A stretch of 64,000 bases of DNA, taken from the NCBI GenBank assembly GCA_041661425.1, contig JBAZUI010000001.1:8507-72506 (forward strand). The letters are read 5' to 3'. Of this stretch, positions 18,790 to 29,058 are shown piece by piece. Position numbers and translations under genes: made by a program. This DNA is from Patescibacteria group bacterium (GTDB lineage Bacteria > Patescibacteriota > Patescibacteriia > UBA9934). Within the stretch, counting starts at the first letter, position 1. Each line of letters begins with the position of its first letter. The notes beneath the pieces were generated by a model, which did not search any database, was not told the origin of the DNA, and worked only from the letters and a program-made list of their open reading frames with translations.

Positions 18790-20484
18790 ATGAAATTCGC
18801 TTGGAAGATTCAATCCGAGGAGGAAAAACCGATTCGGGATCTCTTACTGGCGAATCGTGGAATTCTTCCGGAAGAAACGGAGCGATTTTTTCATTTGAAT
18901 TGGGATGAGCATTTGGAAAGCTGTTGGAATTTTCGCGAGATGGCGGGTGCGGTGGAACGACTTTTTTTCGCCCTGGAGCATGAGGAGAAAATAGTGATTC
19001 ACGGGGATTACGATGCGGACGGGGTTTCCGGTTCCGCGCTTCTTTTTGAGAGCATTCGGGATATCGCCATTGCCTTGCATCGTCCGCTCCATCTTGCGGT
19101 CTATCTTCCTGATCGCGAAGCAGATGGGTATGGAGTTGCCATGCACACGGTGGAGCGATTTGCCGCGGAGAAAATTAAATTACTCATCACCGTTGATTGT
19201 GGCATTGCCGTCCCAACCGAAATCGCTCGCGCGAAAGAGCTCGGCATCGACACCATTGTGTGCGATCATCATCAACTCGCTTTGGAATTACCGAAGGCGA
19301 TTCTTCTTCATCCACTGGTTCCCGGCGAGGGCGTTGCGAATCGATGGCTGTGCGGCACGGGTGTGGTTTTTAAATTCGCCTGCGCTTTATTCGATGAAGC
19401 CCGAAAGCGTGGACTTGCCATTATTCCCGGAAAAGAAAAATGGCTTTTGGATTTTGTGGCGATCGCAACGGTCACGGATATGGTTCCGCTTCTCGGTGAG
19501 AATCGTTTACTTGAGCATTTTGGACTTCGCGTATTAAAAAAAACAAGACGGCCAGGGCTGAGTAAGATTTTTGAACGGGCGCGTATCGAGAGAGAATCCA
19601 TTGATGCGCACACGATCGGTTTTCAAATTGGCCCACGTCTTAATGCGGCCGGTCGATTGGCTTCCGCTCAGATTGCATTTGAGACTCTCACGGCGAAAAC
19701 TCTAGAAGAAGCTGACCCATTGAGCGAACAACTCGAACAACTCAATCAAAAACGTCAACGTCTTACGGACGGAATGTTTGTGCAAGCCGAAACAATGATT
19801 CAGGAGGTGGAGGATGCACCAGTTCACGTGCTTTGGCATGCGGATTGGCACCCCGGCATTGTGGGACTTCTTGCCGGAAAACTTGTGGCAAAAACAGGAC
19901 GACCCGCATTTGCTTTTGCCCGCTCGGGTGGACATTTCGTTGGATCCGGTCGCAGTACGCTTGGCATCAATTTGGTTGAACTCATGCAATCCGCGCCTCA
20001 TTTTTTTGTAAAATTCGGTGGACATCCCGAGGCCTGTGGTCTCACGATTGCGCGTGAAGAAACGATTCGTGATTTTTCCGAGCACGCAAAATCATTTGTA
20101 AAAAAATTCATCCCGTCGGCGAAAGAAAAACCAGAACTGCGGATTGATGCGGTGATTCCTCTCTCGATGATCACAGAGGATCTCACGAAGATGATTGAAG
20201 CCATGGCGCCCTTTGGGCAGAAAAATCCAGAGCCAACTTTTCTCAGCCGTTCTGTGACGATTCTAGACGCTCGGACGGTCGGGAAGACGCAGGCTCACCT
20301 GCGAGTCACGGTTTCCCAAGGTTCCCGTTCGCGTTTTGAAGTGATTGGATTCGGATTCGGAAATGAGATTCGCCTCCTGTCGATTGGAAAAAAAGTTGAC
20401 CTCGTTTACGAAATTCATCATCATGAATGGCAAGGCCGAAGAACGATTCAGCTCAGACTTTTGGACTTTGAACCAAACGATTGA
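18790..20484 (+). CDS. recJ: ssDNA exonuclease RecJ
   Basis: GDYDADG, TVDCG, CDHH, GPRLNAAGR, GSGRS, FGGH, PFGQKNPEP. Confidence 0.97.
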   Translation: MKFAWKIQSEEEKPIRDLLLANRGILPEETERFFHLNWDEHLESCWNFREMAGAVERLFFALEHEEKIVIHGDYDADGVSGSALLFESIRDIAIALHRPLHLAVYLPDREADGYGVAMHTVERFAAEKIKLLITVDCGIAVPTEIARAKELGIDTIVCDHHQLALELPKAILLHPLVPGEGVANRWLCGTGVVFKFACALFDEARKRGLAIIPGKEKWLLDFVAIATVTDMVPLLGENRLLEHFGLRVLKKTRRPGLSKIFERARIERESIDAHTIGFQIGPRLNAAGRLASAQIAFETLTAKTLEEADPLSEQLEQLNQKRQRLTDGMFVQAETMIQEVEDAPVHVLWHADWHPGIVGLLAGKLVAKTGRPAFAFARSGGHFVGSGRSTLGINLVELMQSAPHFFVKFGGHPEACGLTIAREETIRDFSEHAKSFVKKFIPSAKEKPELRIDAVIPLSMITEDLTKMIEAMAPFGQKNPEPTFLSRSVTILDARTVGKTQAHLRVTVSQGSRSRFEVIGFGFGNEIRLLSIGKKVDLVYEIHHHEWQGRRTIQLRLLDFEPND

Positions 20485-20498
20485 TAAAATAGACCTAT

Positions 20499-20924
20499 AT
20501 GAAATACGGGAGACTATGCACGGATGGCGGGGCACGTGGAAATCCCGGGCCAGCGGCTTCGGCAGCGGTGCTTTTTGAAGTCGATGCAGAAGGTCAAATA
20601 AAAAATGAAACGGCAAAGACCACCCGCTATGTGGGGATTGCCACGAACAACCAAGCCGAATACGAAGCGGTGATTATTGGACTTCAAAAAGCGCGCGAGT
20701 GCGGGTTCGATATGATGGAGGTCCTTATGGATTCGGAATTGATCGTGGAACAGATGAATGGAAATTATCGTGTCCGCAATGAGGAATTGGCAAAGAAATT
20801 TCTCGAGGTTCATCGATTGATCCAATCCTTCCGTCGCGTGACTTTTCGACATGTCCGTCGTGAAGAGAATCGTCAGGCCGATGCCCTCGTGAATAAAACC
20901 ATCGATGAAGCGCTTGGCGGCTAA
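20499..20924 (+). CDS. rnhA: ribonuclease HI family protein
   Basis: TDGGARGNPG, TNNQAEY, DSELIV.Q, HVRRE.N..AD. Confidence 0.93.
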   Translation: MKYGRLCTDGGARGNPGPAASAAVLFEVDAEGQIKNETAKTTRYVGIATNNQAEYEAVIIGLQKARECGFDMMEVLMDSELIVEQMNGNYRVRNEELAKKFLEVHRLIQSFRRVTFRHVRREENRQADALVNKTIDEALGG

Positions 20925-20947
20925 ATCGTGATATAATAGAGAGAACT

Positions 20948-22075
20948 ATGGGATTGTTCGGCAAAAAACAAGAAAACGCGCCGGGCCTTATTGGCGTCGA
21001 TATCGGCGCAGGAGGCATGAAAGCGATTGAATGCCAGATGTACGATGGACATCTCCGATTGGCGACATACGGCTATTCACAAATGAAACATCCCGAGAAT
21101 CAACAGGGTTCGCTTTTGGATGATCCAAAAAAGGGCGCTGAAGTTTTGACGCGGATTATCAAAGAATCCGGCATGAAGGCGCACCGCGCCAATGCCTCGC
21201 TTCCAAGCCAGCATGTCTTTCATGCCATGATCACGATTCCGCAACCAAAGGATGTGAAGCAAGACTTGAAGCCGCTCATTGAAACACAGGTGAAAAAGTT
21301 ATTGCCGATTCCGCTTGAAAAAATGATTCTTGATTCAACGGTCATCGATAAGCATCTTCTCCCAACCGCGGAGCAAGAACCCGCAGAGAAAAAACCTGAC
21401 ATGGGCATTGGGGGAAGAGAGCCTCAAAAACAGATTCGTGTTTTAGTTTCCGGGGCGCCAAAAGATTTGGTTCAAAAATATCTTGAAATTTTCAAGATCG
21501 CGAAAATTGAACTTGTGGCATTAGAAACAGAAGCGTTTGCACTCATACGTTCTCTTGTTGGAAAAGAAAAGGGGCGGGTGATGATCGTGGATATTGGATT
21601 CGAACGAACAAATATCACCATCATCAATGAAGGGATCCCGTATCTTCATCGCAGTGTGAAAGCCGGAGGAGGAATTATTACGCAAATGCTCGCCAAACAG
21701 GCGGGCGTGTCGATCCAGGATGCGGAACAGATGAAAACGGATTTAGCTTTTTCTCCGGGAGGAGAGATTCCAGGGGTGCTTCGCGATGCCATGATGCCGA
21801 TTTTGCACGAGATTCGTTATTCCATTGAATTATATAGCGCGCAGGATTTTCATGACCATCAAGGGGTTGAAAAAATCATTCTTACCGGCGGGTCGGCGCA
21901 TTTGCCGCATATTGATCCATTTTTAACGGAGGCGCTAAATTTGAATGTCTACATCGGTGATCCTTGGGCGCGCATGTCCGTGCCAGCCGGTATGCGCTCC
22001 ATTCTCGATGAGATCGGGCCGAGATTTTCGGTCGCGGTGGGGCTTGCCATGAAGCTTCAACCGGACAAGAAATAA
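20948..22075 (+). CDS. pilM: type IV pilus assembly protein PilM
   Basis: IGVDIG, IVDIG, IILTGGSA, VAVGLA actin-like fold. Confidence 0.92.
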   Translation: MGLFGKKQENAPGLIGVDIGAGGMKAIECQMYDGHLRLATYGYSQMKHPENQQGSLLDDPKKGAEVLTRIIKESGMKAHRANASLPSQHVFHAMITIPQPKDVKQDLKPLIETQVKKLLPIPLEKMILDSTVIDKHLLPTAEQEPAEKKPDMGIGGREPQKQIRVLVSGAPKDLVQKYLEIFKIAKIELVALETEAFALIRSLVGKEKGRVMIVDIGFERTNITIINEGIPYLHRSVKAGGGIITQMLAKQAGVSIQDAEQMKTDLAFSPGGEIPGVLRDAMMPILHEIRYSIELYSAQDFHDHQGVEKIILTGGSAHLPHIDPFLTEALNLNVYIGDPWARMSVPAGMRSILDEIGPRFSVAVGLAMKLQPDKK

Positions 22076-22076
22076 T

Positions 22077-22451
22077 ATGGAAAACAAGGATGCGATTTTG
22101 ATTGTGAGTTGCGATCCGTATCTTGCGGGGATTTATGGACGAAAGTTTGAAGAAAATGGTTGGGCCGTGGCGGTTGAGGAAACCATTGAGGCCGGAGAGA
22201 AGCACGCCATGGTGATGCGTCCGGATATTATTCTTCTTCAAACAGATTGCGTCACAGATACAATTGAGGTGATTAAACGCTGGCGATCTTTTCCAACAAT
22301 CTATTCGACAAAAATTGTCATCCTTGCGGAGGCTGGCGATGAGGAGGAGATTCGTGCGGCCCGAGAAGCCGGGGCAGCGGAATATCTTTTGGTCGGACAT
22401 TTTGTGCCGCAGGAAGCAGTGGAAAAAATGAAACATCTTTTGGGTTCGTGA
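22077..22451 (+). CDS. single-domain response regulator (atypical receiver)
   Basis: CheY-like pattern (PDIILL, AGAAEYL) with Gln at the phospho-Asp position. Confidence 0.8.
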   Translation: MENKDAILIVSCDPYLAGIYGRKFEENGWAVAVEETIEAGEKHAMVMRPDIILLQTDCVTDTIEVIKRWRSFPTIYSTKIVILAEAGDEEEIRAAREAGAAEYLLVGHFVPQEAVEKMKHLLGS

Positions 22452-22467
22452 TATTATTCAATGAGAT

Positions 22468-22947
22468 ATGAATAGACTTTATGTTTTGCTTGCCGTGCTC
22501 GCGATTGGACTTTTAGGATTTATCTCGGTGTATTCCGTCACTAGTGCGCGAGCTCGTATGCGCGATGCCGTCCGACTCTCCGATGTGCGACAGGTTCAGG
22601 TTGGCCTTGAATTGTATGCGAACGATCACAGTGCCTATCCGGAAGCGACGGAAACAACCGCTCTTGGCACATCCGCGACTTTTTGCCTAGGTGATTCTGG
22701 GTTTGGCGGAACGTGTATTGCGGGGTCAGAGACGGTGTATTTGGAAGCGATTGGGAATACGCCAAACGCCGGGCTTCGTGAAAAATCAACGTGCGGCACG
22801 GAATCAAATGCGTATTGTTATCGTTCCGATTCGGAAAACTATCAAATTCAATTCGAATTGGAGCGTTCGCAGACCCGCATGAATTTAGTGCGTGGATTGA
22901 ATTGCGCCACCCCAAGCGGTTTCGAGAGTGGTGGATGCGATTTCTAG
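22468..22947 (+). CDS. pilin/pseudopilin-like protein
   Basis: hydrophobic N-terminus then ARARMRDAVRLSD...LELY...YP; Cys pairs. Confidence 0.8.
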   Translation: MNRLYVLLAVLAIGLLGFISVYSVTSARARMRDAVRLSDVRQVQVGLELYANDHSAYPEATETTALGTSATFCLGDSGFGGTCIAGSETVYLEAIGNTPNAGLREKSTCGTESNAYCYRSDSENYQIQFELERSQTRMNLVRGLNCATPSGFESGGCDF

Positions 22948-22948
22948 T

Positions 22949-23743
22949 ATGATGGATGTTTTGTATCTGTTCCTTGCCGGTCTTGCCGGCCTTGGCGTTG
23001 GGAGTCTCGTGAATATTGTTATCTTTCGACGCAACGACGGTCGAGAGCTTTTTGGACGTTCGCGGTGTCGGGTGTGCCAGGAGCCACTCGCGCTCCTCGA
23101 TATGATTCCGCTCCTTGGTTTTTTTCGACTTCGAGGAAAATGTCGATCATGTTCGCTCCCGATTTCTTGGCAATACCCAATTCTTGAGCTCCTCACGGGA
23201 ATTCTATTCATGGTCCTTTTTAGCCGTGCGTATTTCGGATTTTGGATGCCGAGTTTCGTCGGCTCAGGTGAATGGTTTTTGCTTTTTTTGCGCGATGCCT
23301 CGCTCTTCCCGTTTCTCCTCATTATCGCGGTGTATGATTTTCGTTATTTCCGTATTCTCGACAGGTATTCTTTGATCGCCGTGGTCATCGCAATTCTATG
23401 GAATATCGCTCTTGGCATGCCGGCACTTTCGATGATGGCCGGCATGGCGGTGCTTGGCGGATTCTTCGGCATTCAATACGTCATTTCAAAAGGGGCTTGG
23501 ATGGGCGGTGGTGATATCCGTTTGGGACTTGTGCTTGGCGCCTATCTCGGACTCGAGGTCGGTCTTGTCGCGGTCTTTTTGTCCTATCTTGTTGGTGCAA
23601 TCGTTGGAGGGGTTCTTCTTTTTCTCAAAAAACGAACGCTTCATAGCGCCGTGCCTTTTGGGGCGTTTTTAACGACTTCCGCGATTTTTTGCGCCCTCTA
23701 CGGCGAAGTGATTTGGAATTGGTACCGCATGCTCACATTTTGA
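22949..23743 (+). CDS. pilD: prepilin peptidase
   Basis: GSLVN, RSRCRVC, RGKCRSC...YP..E, MGGGD, VPFGAFL. Confidence 0.95.
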   Translation: MMDVLYLFLAGLAGLGVGSLVNIVIFRRNDGRELFGRSRCRVCQEPLALLDMIPLLGFFRLRGKCRSCSLPISWQYPILELLTGILFMVLFSRAYFGFWMPSFVGSGEWFLLFLRDASLFPFLLIIAVYDFRYFRILDRYSLIAVVIAILWNIALGMPALSMMAGMAVLGGFFGIQYVISKGAWMGGGDIRLGLVLGAYLGLEVGLVAVFLSYLVGAIVGGVLLFLKKRTLHSAVPFGAFLTTSAIFCALYGEVIWNWYRMLTF

Positions 23744-23796
23744 AATTGTCTGTTTTGGGTGTTTTTTCTTTCCCGATTTTGCGTTATACTACTCCC

Positions 23797-25845
23797 GTGA
23801 AAAAGATGAGTAAAATCGAGGCAAAAGAGCGCATTGAGGCGCTCAAAAAGGCGATTGATCACTATCGCTATCTTTATCATGTGAAGGATATTTCCGAAAT
23901 CTCCGATGAGGCGAATGATAGTTTAAAACACGAGCTTTACAAGCTTGAGCAGGAATATCCCGAATTTGTGACTTCTGATTCACCCACCCAGCGCATTGGA
24001 GGTGATCCATTACCGGAATTCTCAAAAGTGAAGCACCGCGCAAAGATGCTTTCCATTGAAGATGTTTTTTCTTGGGATGAATTTTTGTCATGGACCGAGC
24101 GTATAAAAAAAGTGGAAGGTCATTCCATCACTGATTTTTATTGCATGACCAAGGTGGATGGGCTTGCGGTTTCACTTATTTATCGAAATGGCGTTTTGGA
24201 AACCGCGGCCACGCGTGGCGATGGGGCGATTGGGGAAGAAGTGACGAAGAATATCAAGACGATCGAGACCATTCCTTTGCATCTTCGTGTGCCAGAGGTC
24301 GATGAGCTCAAGTCCCTCCATCTTTCTCGAGAGCTTGAAGAAAAATTGATCTCACAAAAAGGATTGATTGAAGTGCGTGGTGAAATCTATGTGACGAAAA
24401 AGGATTTTGAGACCATGAATGCAAAGCGCAAGGCGCAAGGCGATGAGATTTTCGCAAATCCTCGAAACATTGCGGCCGGCTCCATTCGTCAGCTCGATCC
24501 AAAAATCGCCGCGAGTCGTCCCTTACGTTTTCTTGGATGGTCGCTCGAAGACATTGGTCAAAAAACGCAGGAAAAGAGCATGGAGATTCTTCATGTTTTG
24601 GGATTTCAAACCGCTCCGGGGACGCTGGCGAAATCAGAGGAAGAGGTGAAGAAGTTTTTTACAAAATTACAAACAACACGCCGCGAGATTTTGTTTTGGA
24701 TTGATGGCACGGTTGTTCGTGTCAATGATTTTTCAGAGTTTATGAATCTTGGCGTGGTTGGGAAAACGCCACGCGGACTCATTGCCTGGAAATTTCCCCC
24801 AGAACAAGCAACCACAATTGTGAAAGAGGTTGAGTGGTTTGTTGGGCGCACGGGAAAACTCACGCCGGTTGCCAATGTTGAGCCTGTTTTTATTGCCGGC
24901 ACAACCGTCCAGCATGCAACCCTTCACAATCCCGATGAAATCGAACGGCTTGATGTGAAAATCGGCGATACCGTCATTCTTACCAAGGCCGGGGATGTCA
25001 TTCCAAAAATTATTGGCGTTGTGAAGGATTTGCGAACCGGCAAAGAAAAAGAAGTGGTGGTCCCAAAAAAGTGCCCGGTTTGTGAATCAGCGCTTGAGAA
25101 AAAAGAAGGAGTGGTGGATATCTATTGCACAAATCGAAATTGTTTTTCCATGGAACGTGAGCGGATTCTTCATGCCGCGCGTGCCTTTGAGATCGATGGT
25201 CTTGGTGAGCGAACGATCGAAACGTTTATTGAGAAAGGATTGCTCACCCATGCGCCGGATCTTTTTCGATTGCGCGAGGATGATATTCGGCAACTCGAAG
25301 GCTACGGCAATCTTTCCGCAAAGAATCTCGTTGAAGAAATCAATTCAAAAAAGAATATTTCGCTCGCCTTATTTATTCAAGGTTTGAGTATCCCAAATGT
25401 GGGTGAGGAAACCGCACGGGATTTGGCACTGGCCTTTGGAACACTCGAAGCGCTGAGGACGGCCACGAAAGATGAATTTCTCGCTGTCCGTGACGTTGGG
25501 GAAGTGGTGGCAGATTCTCTTATCTCCTATTTTTCGCAGGAGGAAACACACGCGCTACTCACGGCATATCGAGAGGTTGGCGTTGTTGTGCTTCCCATGA
25601 AAAAACAGAGTGGGCCACTTGTGGGCGTAACGTTCGTGATTACTGGAACGCTTTCAAATCTCAGTCGCGAAGAGGCGAAGGATCGTATTCGTGCGCTTGG
25701 TGGATCAATTTCGGAATCGGTCGGGAAATCAACAAGCTTCTTAGTCGCTGGAGAAAATCCAGGCTCAAAATATGAAAAGGCGAAGGCGCTCGAGGTCCCG
25801 ATCTTGCAGGAGAATGATTTTTTGCGTAAGATAAAATCTCTATGA
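23797..25845 (+). CDS. ligA: NAD-dependent DNA ligase
   Basis: KVDG adenylation motif, TRGDG..GE, EVRGE, NPRN, Zn finger, C-terminal BRCT; start GTG 23797 or ATG 23806. Confidence 0.98.
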   Translation: MKKMSKIEAKERIEALKKAIDHYRYLYHVKDISEISDEANDSLKHELYKLEQEYPEFVTSDSPTQRIGGDPLPEFSKVKHRAKMLSIEDVFSWDEFLSWTERIKKVEGHSITDFYCMTKVDGLAVSLIYRNGVLETAATRGDGAIGEEVTKNIKTIETIPLHLRVPEVDELKSLHLSRELEEKLISQKGLIEVRGEIYVTKKDFETMNAKRKAQGDEIFANPRNIAAGSIRQLDPKIAASRPLRFLGWSLEDIGQKTQEKSMEILHVLGFQTAPGTLAKSEEEVKKFFTKLQTTRREILFWIDGTVVRVNDFSEFMNLGVVGKTPRGLIAWKFPPEQATTIVKEVEWFVGRTGKLTPVANVEPVFIAGTTVQHATLHNPDEIERLDVKIGDTVILTKAGDVIPKIIGVVKDLRTGKEKEVVVPKKCPVCESALEKKEGVVDIYCTNRNCFSMERERILHAARAFEIDGLGERTIETFIEKGLLTHAPDLFRLREDDIRQLEGYGNLSAKNLVEEINSKKNISLALFIQGLSIPNVGEETARDLALAFGTLEALRTATKDEFLAVRDVGEVVADSLISYFSQEETHALLTAYREVGVVVLPMKKQSGPLVGVTFVITGTLSNLSREEAKDRIRALGGSISESVGKSTSFLVAGENPGSKYEKAKALEVPILQENDFLRKIKSL

Positions 25846-26135
25846 CAGAAATTGATTTTGACGTGTCAAAAGTTGCGAAACTCGCTCTTCTCGATTTGAC
25901 CGATGATGAAGCTGCGGCACTCCAGCGTGATCTACCTTCGATCGTCTCGTATGTGAGCAAATTGCATGAAGTGGATACAAGCGAGATTGATGCGAAGGCG
26001 TATCTCACGGATCTTTCCGATGTGTTTCGTGCGGATGTGCGACGTCATGATGAGACAGATGATGGCCGTGATTGTGTGGCGGCTTTTCCAAAACAAAAAG
26101 GAAACGCGCTTGAAGTTCCAGGAATTTTTGAATAA
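25842..26135 (+). CDS. gatC: Asp/Glu-tRNA amidotransferase subunit C
   Basis: VAKLALL, L.EVDT, VPGIF; precedes gatA. Confidence 0.88.
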   Translation: MTEIDFDVSKVAKLALLDLTDDEAAALQRDLPSIVSYVSKLHEVDTSEIDAKAYLTDLSDVFRADVRRHDETDDGRDCVAAFPKQKGNALEVPGIFE

Positions 26136-26137
26136 CT

Positions 26138-27556
26138 ATGAAAACGGCAATTGAAATGCGAAAGGCAATCGCAAACGGCGAAATCACGGCGGAAGAATTG
26201 GTGAAGGCGAGTTTGGAAAAAATTCACGCGGAAGATGCAAAGATCGGCGCGTTTCTTGAAACATACGATGAAGAGGCACTCGAGCGCGCTCGAGCGATCG
26301 ATGCGCGACTTCGCGCCGGTGAAGAATGCGGGCGTTTAGCCGGCATCCCGGTGGCCATTAAAGATAATATGTGTCAAAAAGGACACAAGACAAGCGCCGG
26401 ATCGCATATCCTTATTGATTATGTGGCAACGTATGATTCCACATTGGTGCATCGGCTGGAAGCGGCGGGTGCGATTATTGTTGGGCGAACAAATATGGAT
26501 GAGTTTGCCATGGGCTCGAGCACCGAGACTTCCTATTTTCAAAAAACACGAAATCCCGTTGACACCACAAAAGTTCCCGGCGGTTCCTCGGGTGGGTCTG
26601 CCGCGGCCGTGTCAGCTGGCTTTGTTCCACTCGCGTTTGGATCCGATACAGGCGGGTCCATTCGCCAGCCGGCTTCACTGTGCGGCGTGGTTGGTTTGAA
26701 ACCGACGTATGGTCGGGTTTCTCGCTATGGATTGATCGCGCTTGGATCGAGTCTCGATCAAATCGGCCCGTTCGCTCTCACGGTTGAGGACGTTGCCTTG
26801 GCGCTTGAGGTGATTGAAGGAAAAGATGAATTTGACGCCACCTCACGTGAGGTTGCGGAAAAACATCCGCCCGAGCTTCTCAATCGAAATTTCTTGGGTG
26901 TGAAAATTGGTGTGCCAAAGCAAGCGTTTGTGATTGGGATGGATGAGGGGGTCAAGGCACGGGTCGAGGAAGCGATTGAGAAAATGAAAAACGCCGGAGC
27001 CACGATGGTCCATCTTGATTTGCCGCTCCTCGAGTATGCATTGCCGGTTTATTATATTTTACAGCCGGCCGAGGCAAGCTCGAACCTTGGGCGATTTGAC
27101 GGGATGCGTTATGGTACCCGAGCCGATGTCCCGGCTCTTTGGGACAGCTATCGCAAAACGCGTGGCAATGGTTTCGGTCGTGAAGTGAAGCGTCGCATCA
27201 TGCTTGGGAGTTATATTCTTTCGGCAGGATATTACGATGCGTATTATAAAAAAGCGCTTGCCGTACGAACCGCAATTGACGCATCGCTCACCGAGGCATT
27301 CAAGAGTGTTGATGTGATCGTTTTGCCGACTTCTCCAAATGTTGCGTGGACGCTTGGCGAGAAATTCGATGACCCGATTGCCATGTACTTGGCAGATATT
27401 TATACGGTGGCCGCAAATATCTGTGGAATCCCCGGTATTTCCGTTCCGTGCGGGGAATCAGAAGGACTTCCGGTTGGTTTGCAATTTTGGGCGCCGTCCA
27501 TGGAAGATGGGCGTTTGCTCGATGTGGCCGCAAGTTACGAAGCATTACAAATATGA
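26138..27556 (+). CDS. gatA: Asp/Glu-tRNA amidotransferase subunit A
   Basis: amidase signature PGGSSGGSA, GSDTGGSIRQPA, RRIMLG...LSAGYYDAYY. Confidence 0.98.
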   Translation: MKTAIEMRKAIANGEITAEELVKASLEKIHAEDAKIGAFLETYDEEALERARAIDARLRAGEECGRLAGIPVAIKDNMCQKGHKTSAGSHILIDYVATYDSTLVHRLEAAGAIIVGRTNMDEFAMGSSTETSYFQKTRNPVDTTKVPGGSSGGSAAAVSAGFVPLAFGSDTGGSIRQPASLCGVVGLKPTYGRVSRYGLIALGSSLDQIGPFALTVEDVALALEVIEGKDEFDATSREVAEKHPPELLNRNFLGVKIGVPKQAFVIGMDEGVKARVEEAIEKMKNAGATMVHLDLPLLEYALPVYYILQPAEASSNLGRFDGMRYGTRADVPALWDSYRKTRGNGFGREVKRRIMLGSYILSAGYYDAYYKKALAVRTAIDASLTEAFKSVDVIVLPTSPNVAWTLGEKFDDPIAMYLADIYTVAANICGIPGISVPCGESEGLPVGLQFWAPSMEDGRLLDVAASYEALQI

Positions 27557-28299
27557 TCCCATATTTTTCTTGGTCAGAATTTTCCATTTTTGGACTCACC
27601 ATTTACGTGTGGGGAATTTTGGTCTCTTTGGGATTTCTCGCCGGCATTTTTGCGAGTTACTTCTATGCAAAGAAAAAGGGCATTAATGCCACACTCATTC
27701 TTGAAAGTGGTTTTTGGATTATTCTCGCAGGAATTATTGGGGGAAGGCTTGGCCAGATATTGTATGAGCCTTCACTACTCATGCATCCTTTTGAGCTTGT
27801 GCAAATTTGGACGGGCGGGATGTCCTTTTTTGGCGGTTTGATTGGTGCCTCTGGCGCACTTCTTCTTTTTCTTTGGAAAAGACATACCCTCACCTGGGAG
27901 ACGATTGATGTTTTTGCGTTTGGACTTCCAGTCGGCGAGATGATTGGTCGGATCGGTTGTTTTTTGATTCATGATCATCCCGGGGGGGAAACGTCATTCT
28001 TTCTTGGGGTGCTTTATCCCGATGGAGTCGTCCGATTCGATCACGGACTTTTATTGGTGCTTTCCAGTGCAGTACTCGCTGTTATTTTTTTCATTTTTCG
28101 TAAAAAAATGTTTCGACCTGGCTCCATGTTCGCCTTTTGGGCCCTGTGGGAAGGCTGTGTACGATTCCTCCTCGACTTTGATAGAGTCCTTGATGTAAGA
28201 TACTGGGGCCTGACGCCGGGGCAGTATTTGGCAATGGCTCTCGCGATCCTGGGGATTCTCATTATTTTCAAAGATAAATTTATTAAAAAATATGAGTGA
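27553..28299 (+). CDS. lgt: prolipoprotein diacylglyceryl transferase
   Basis: GGRL, IW.GGMSFFGG, IGRIGCF, RFLLDF.R. Confidence 0.88.
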   Translation: MIPYFSWSEFSIFGLTIYVWGILVSLGFLAGIFASYFYAKKKGINATLILESGFWIILAGIIGGRLGQILYEPSLLMHPFELVQIWTGGMSFFGGLIGASGALLLFLWKRHTLTWETIDVFAFGLPVGEMIGRIGCFLIHDHPGGETSFFLGVLYPDGVVRFDHGLLLVLSSAVLAVIFFIFRKKMFRPGSMFAFWALWEGCVRFLLDFDRVLDVRYWGLTPGQYLAMALAILGILIIFKDKFIKKYE

Positions 28300-29011
28300 A
28301 GAAATGCAGACGCAAAAAGCACCCGGATTTTTCGATGCCAATCCAAAAATGCTTTTTGTTTTCGGTCTTGTAAGCGGTGTGGCAGTGACTCTCCTCATGA
28401 ATTCAGTCGCGCTTCCGGCAAAGGGAGCGGACACGACGCCCGATGATCAAGTCGTTACCGATGATACGGGGACACAAGATACGCAAGCGATTCTTTCCGC
28501 GGTCACGGCCGAGGATCATATTTACGGGGATATCACCAAGGCAAAAGTTGTGCTCGTGGAATATTCGGATTTTGAGTGTCCGTATTGCCAACGTCATCAG
28601 GAGACGATTCAGACGATCCTCGATACGTATGGCGACGATATCGCGCTTGTCTATCGCCACTTCCCATTGACCTCGATTCATGATCAGGCGGTTCCCGCGG
28701 CTCTTGCTTCGGAATGTGCCGGAGCGCAGGGCAAATTCTTTGAATACATGAACCAACTCTATACAAATCAGGCAACTCTTGGTGATGAACTCTACACATC
28801 GCTTGCATCAGATATTGGATTGGATGTTTCGTCGTTTACCGCGTGTTATGAAGCGCAGACTTATGGCGCGGCCGTGGATGCGGATCTGCAAAGCGGACTC
28901 GATGCCGGAGTGGATGGGACACCCGCCACATTCGTGAACGGGACTCGCATGAGTGGCGCGCTTCCGTTCGACAGCTTCAAACAAGTGATTGATGCCGCTC
29001 TTGCCGAATAG
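28292..29011 (+). CDS. DsbA family thiol-disulfide oxidoreductase
   Basis: TM anchor; EYSDFECPYC, RHFPL, GTPATFVNG. Confidence 0.93.
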   Translation: MSEEMQTQKAPGFFDANPKMLFVFGLVSGVAVTLLMNSVALPAKGADTTPDDQVVTDDTGTQDTQAILSAVTAEDHIYGDITKAKVVLVEYSDFECPYCQRHQETIQTILDTYGDDIALVYRHFPLTSIHDQAVPAALASECAGAQGKFFEYMNQLYTNQATLGDELYTSLASDIGLDVSSFTACYEAQTYGAAVDADLQSGLDAGVDGTPATFVNGTRMSGALPFDSFKQVIDAALAE

Positions 29012-29017
29012 AAAGAT

Positions 29018-29050
29018 AAAAAAGAGACCCGGAATATCTGGGTCTCTTTT
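29018..29050. terminator. bidirectional intrinsic terminator
   Basis: AAAAGAGACCCGG..CTGGGTCTCTTTT between convergent genes. Confidence 0.85.
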
Positions 29051-29058
29051 AATTTTCG

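Noticed and set aside
25842-27556. gatC-gatA without gatB
   Set aside because: gatB is often encoded separately; cannot be judged from one window
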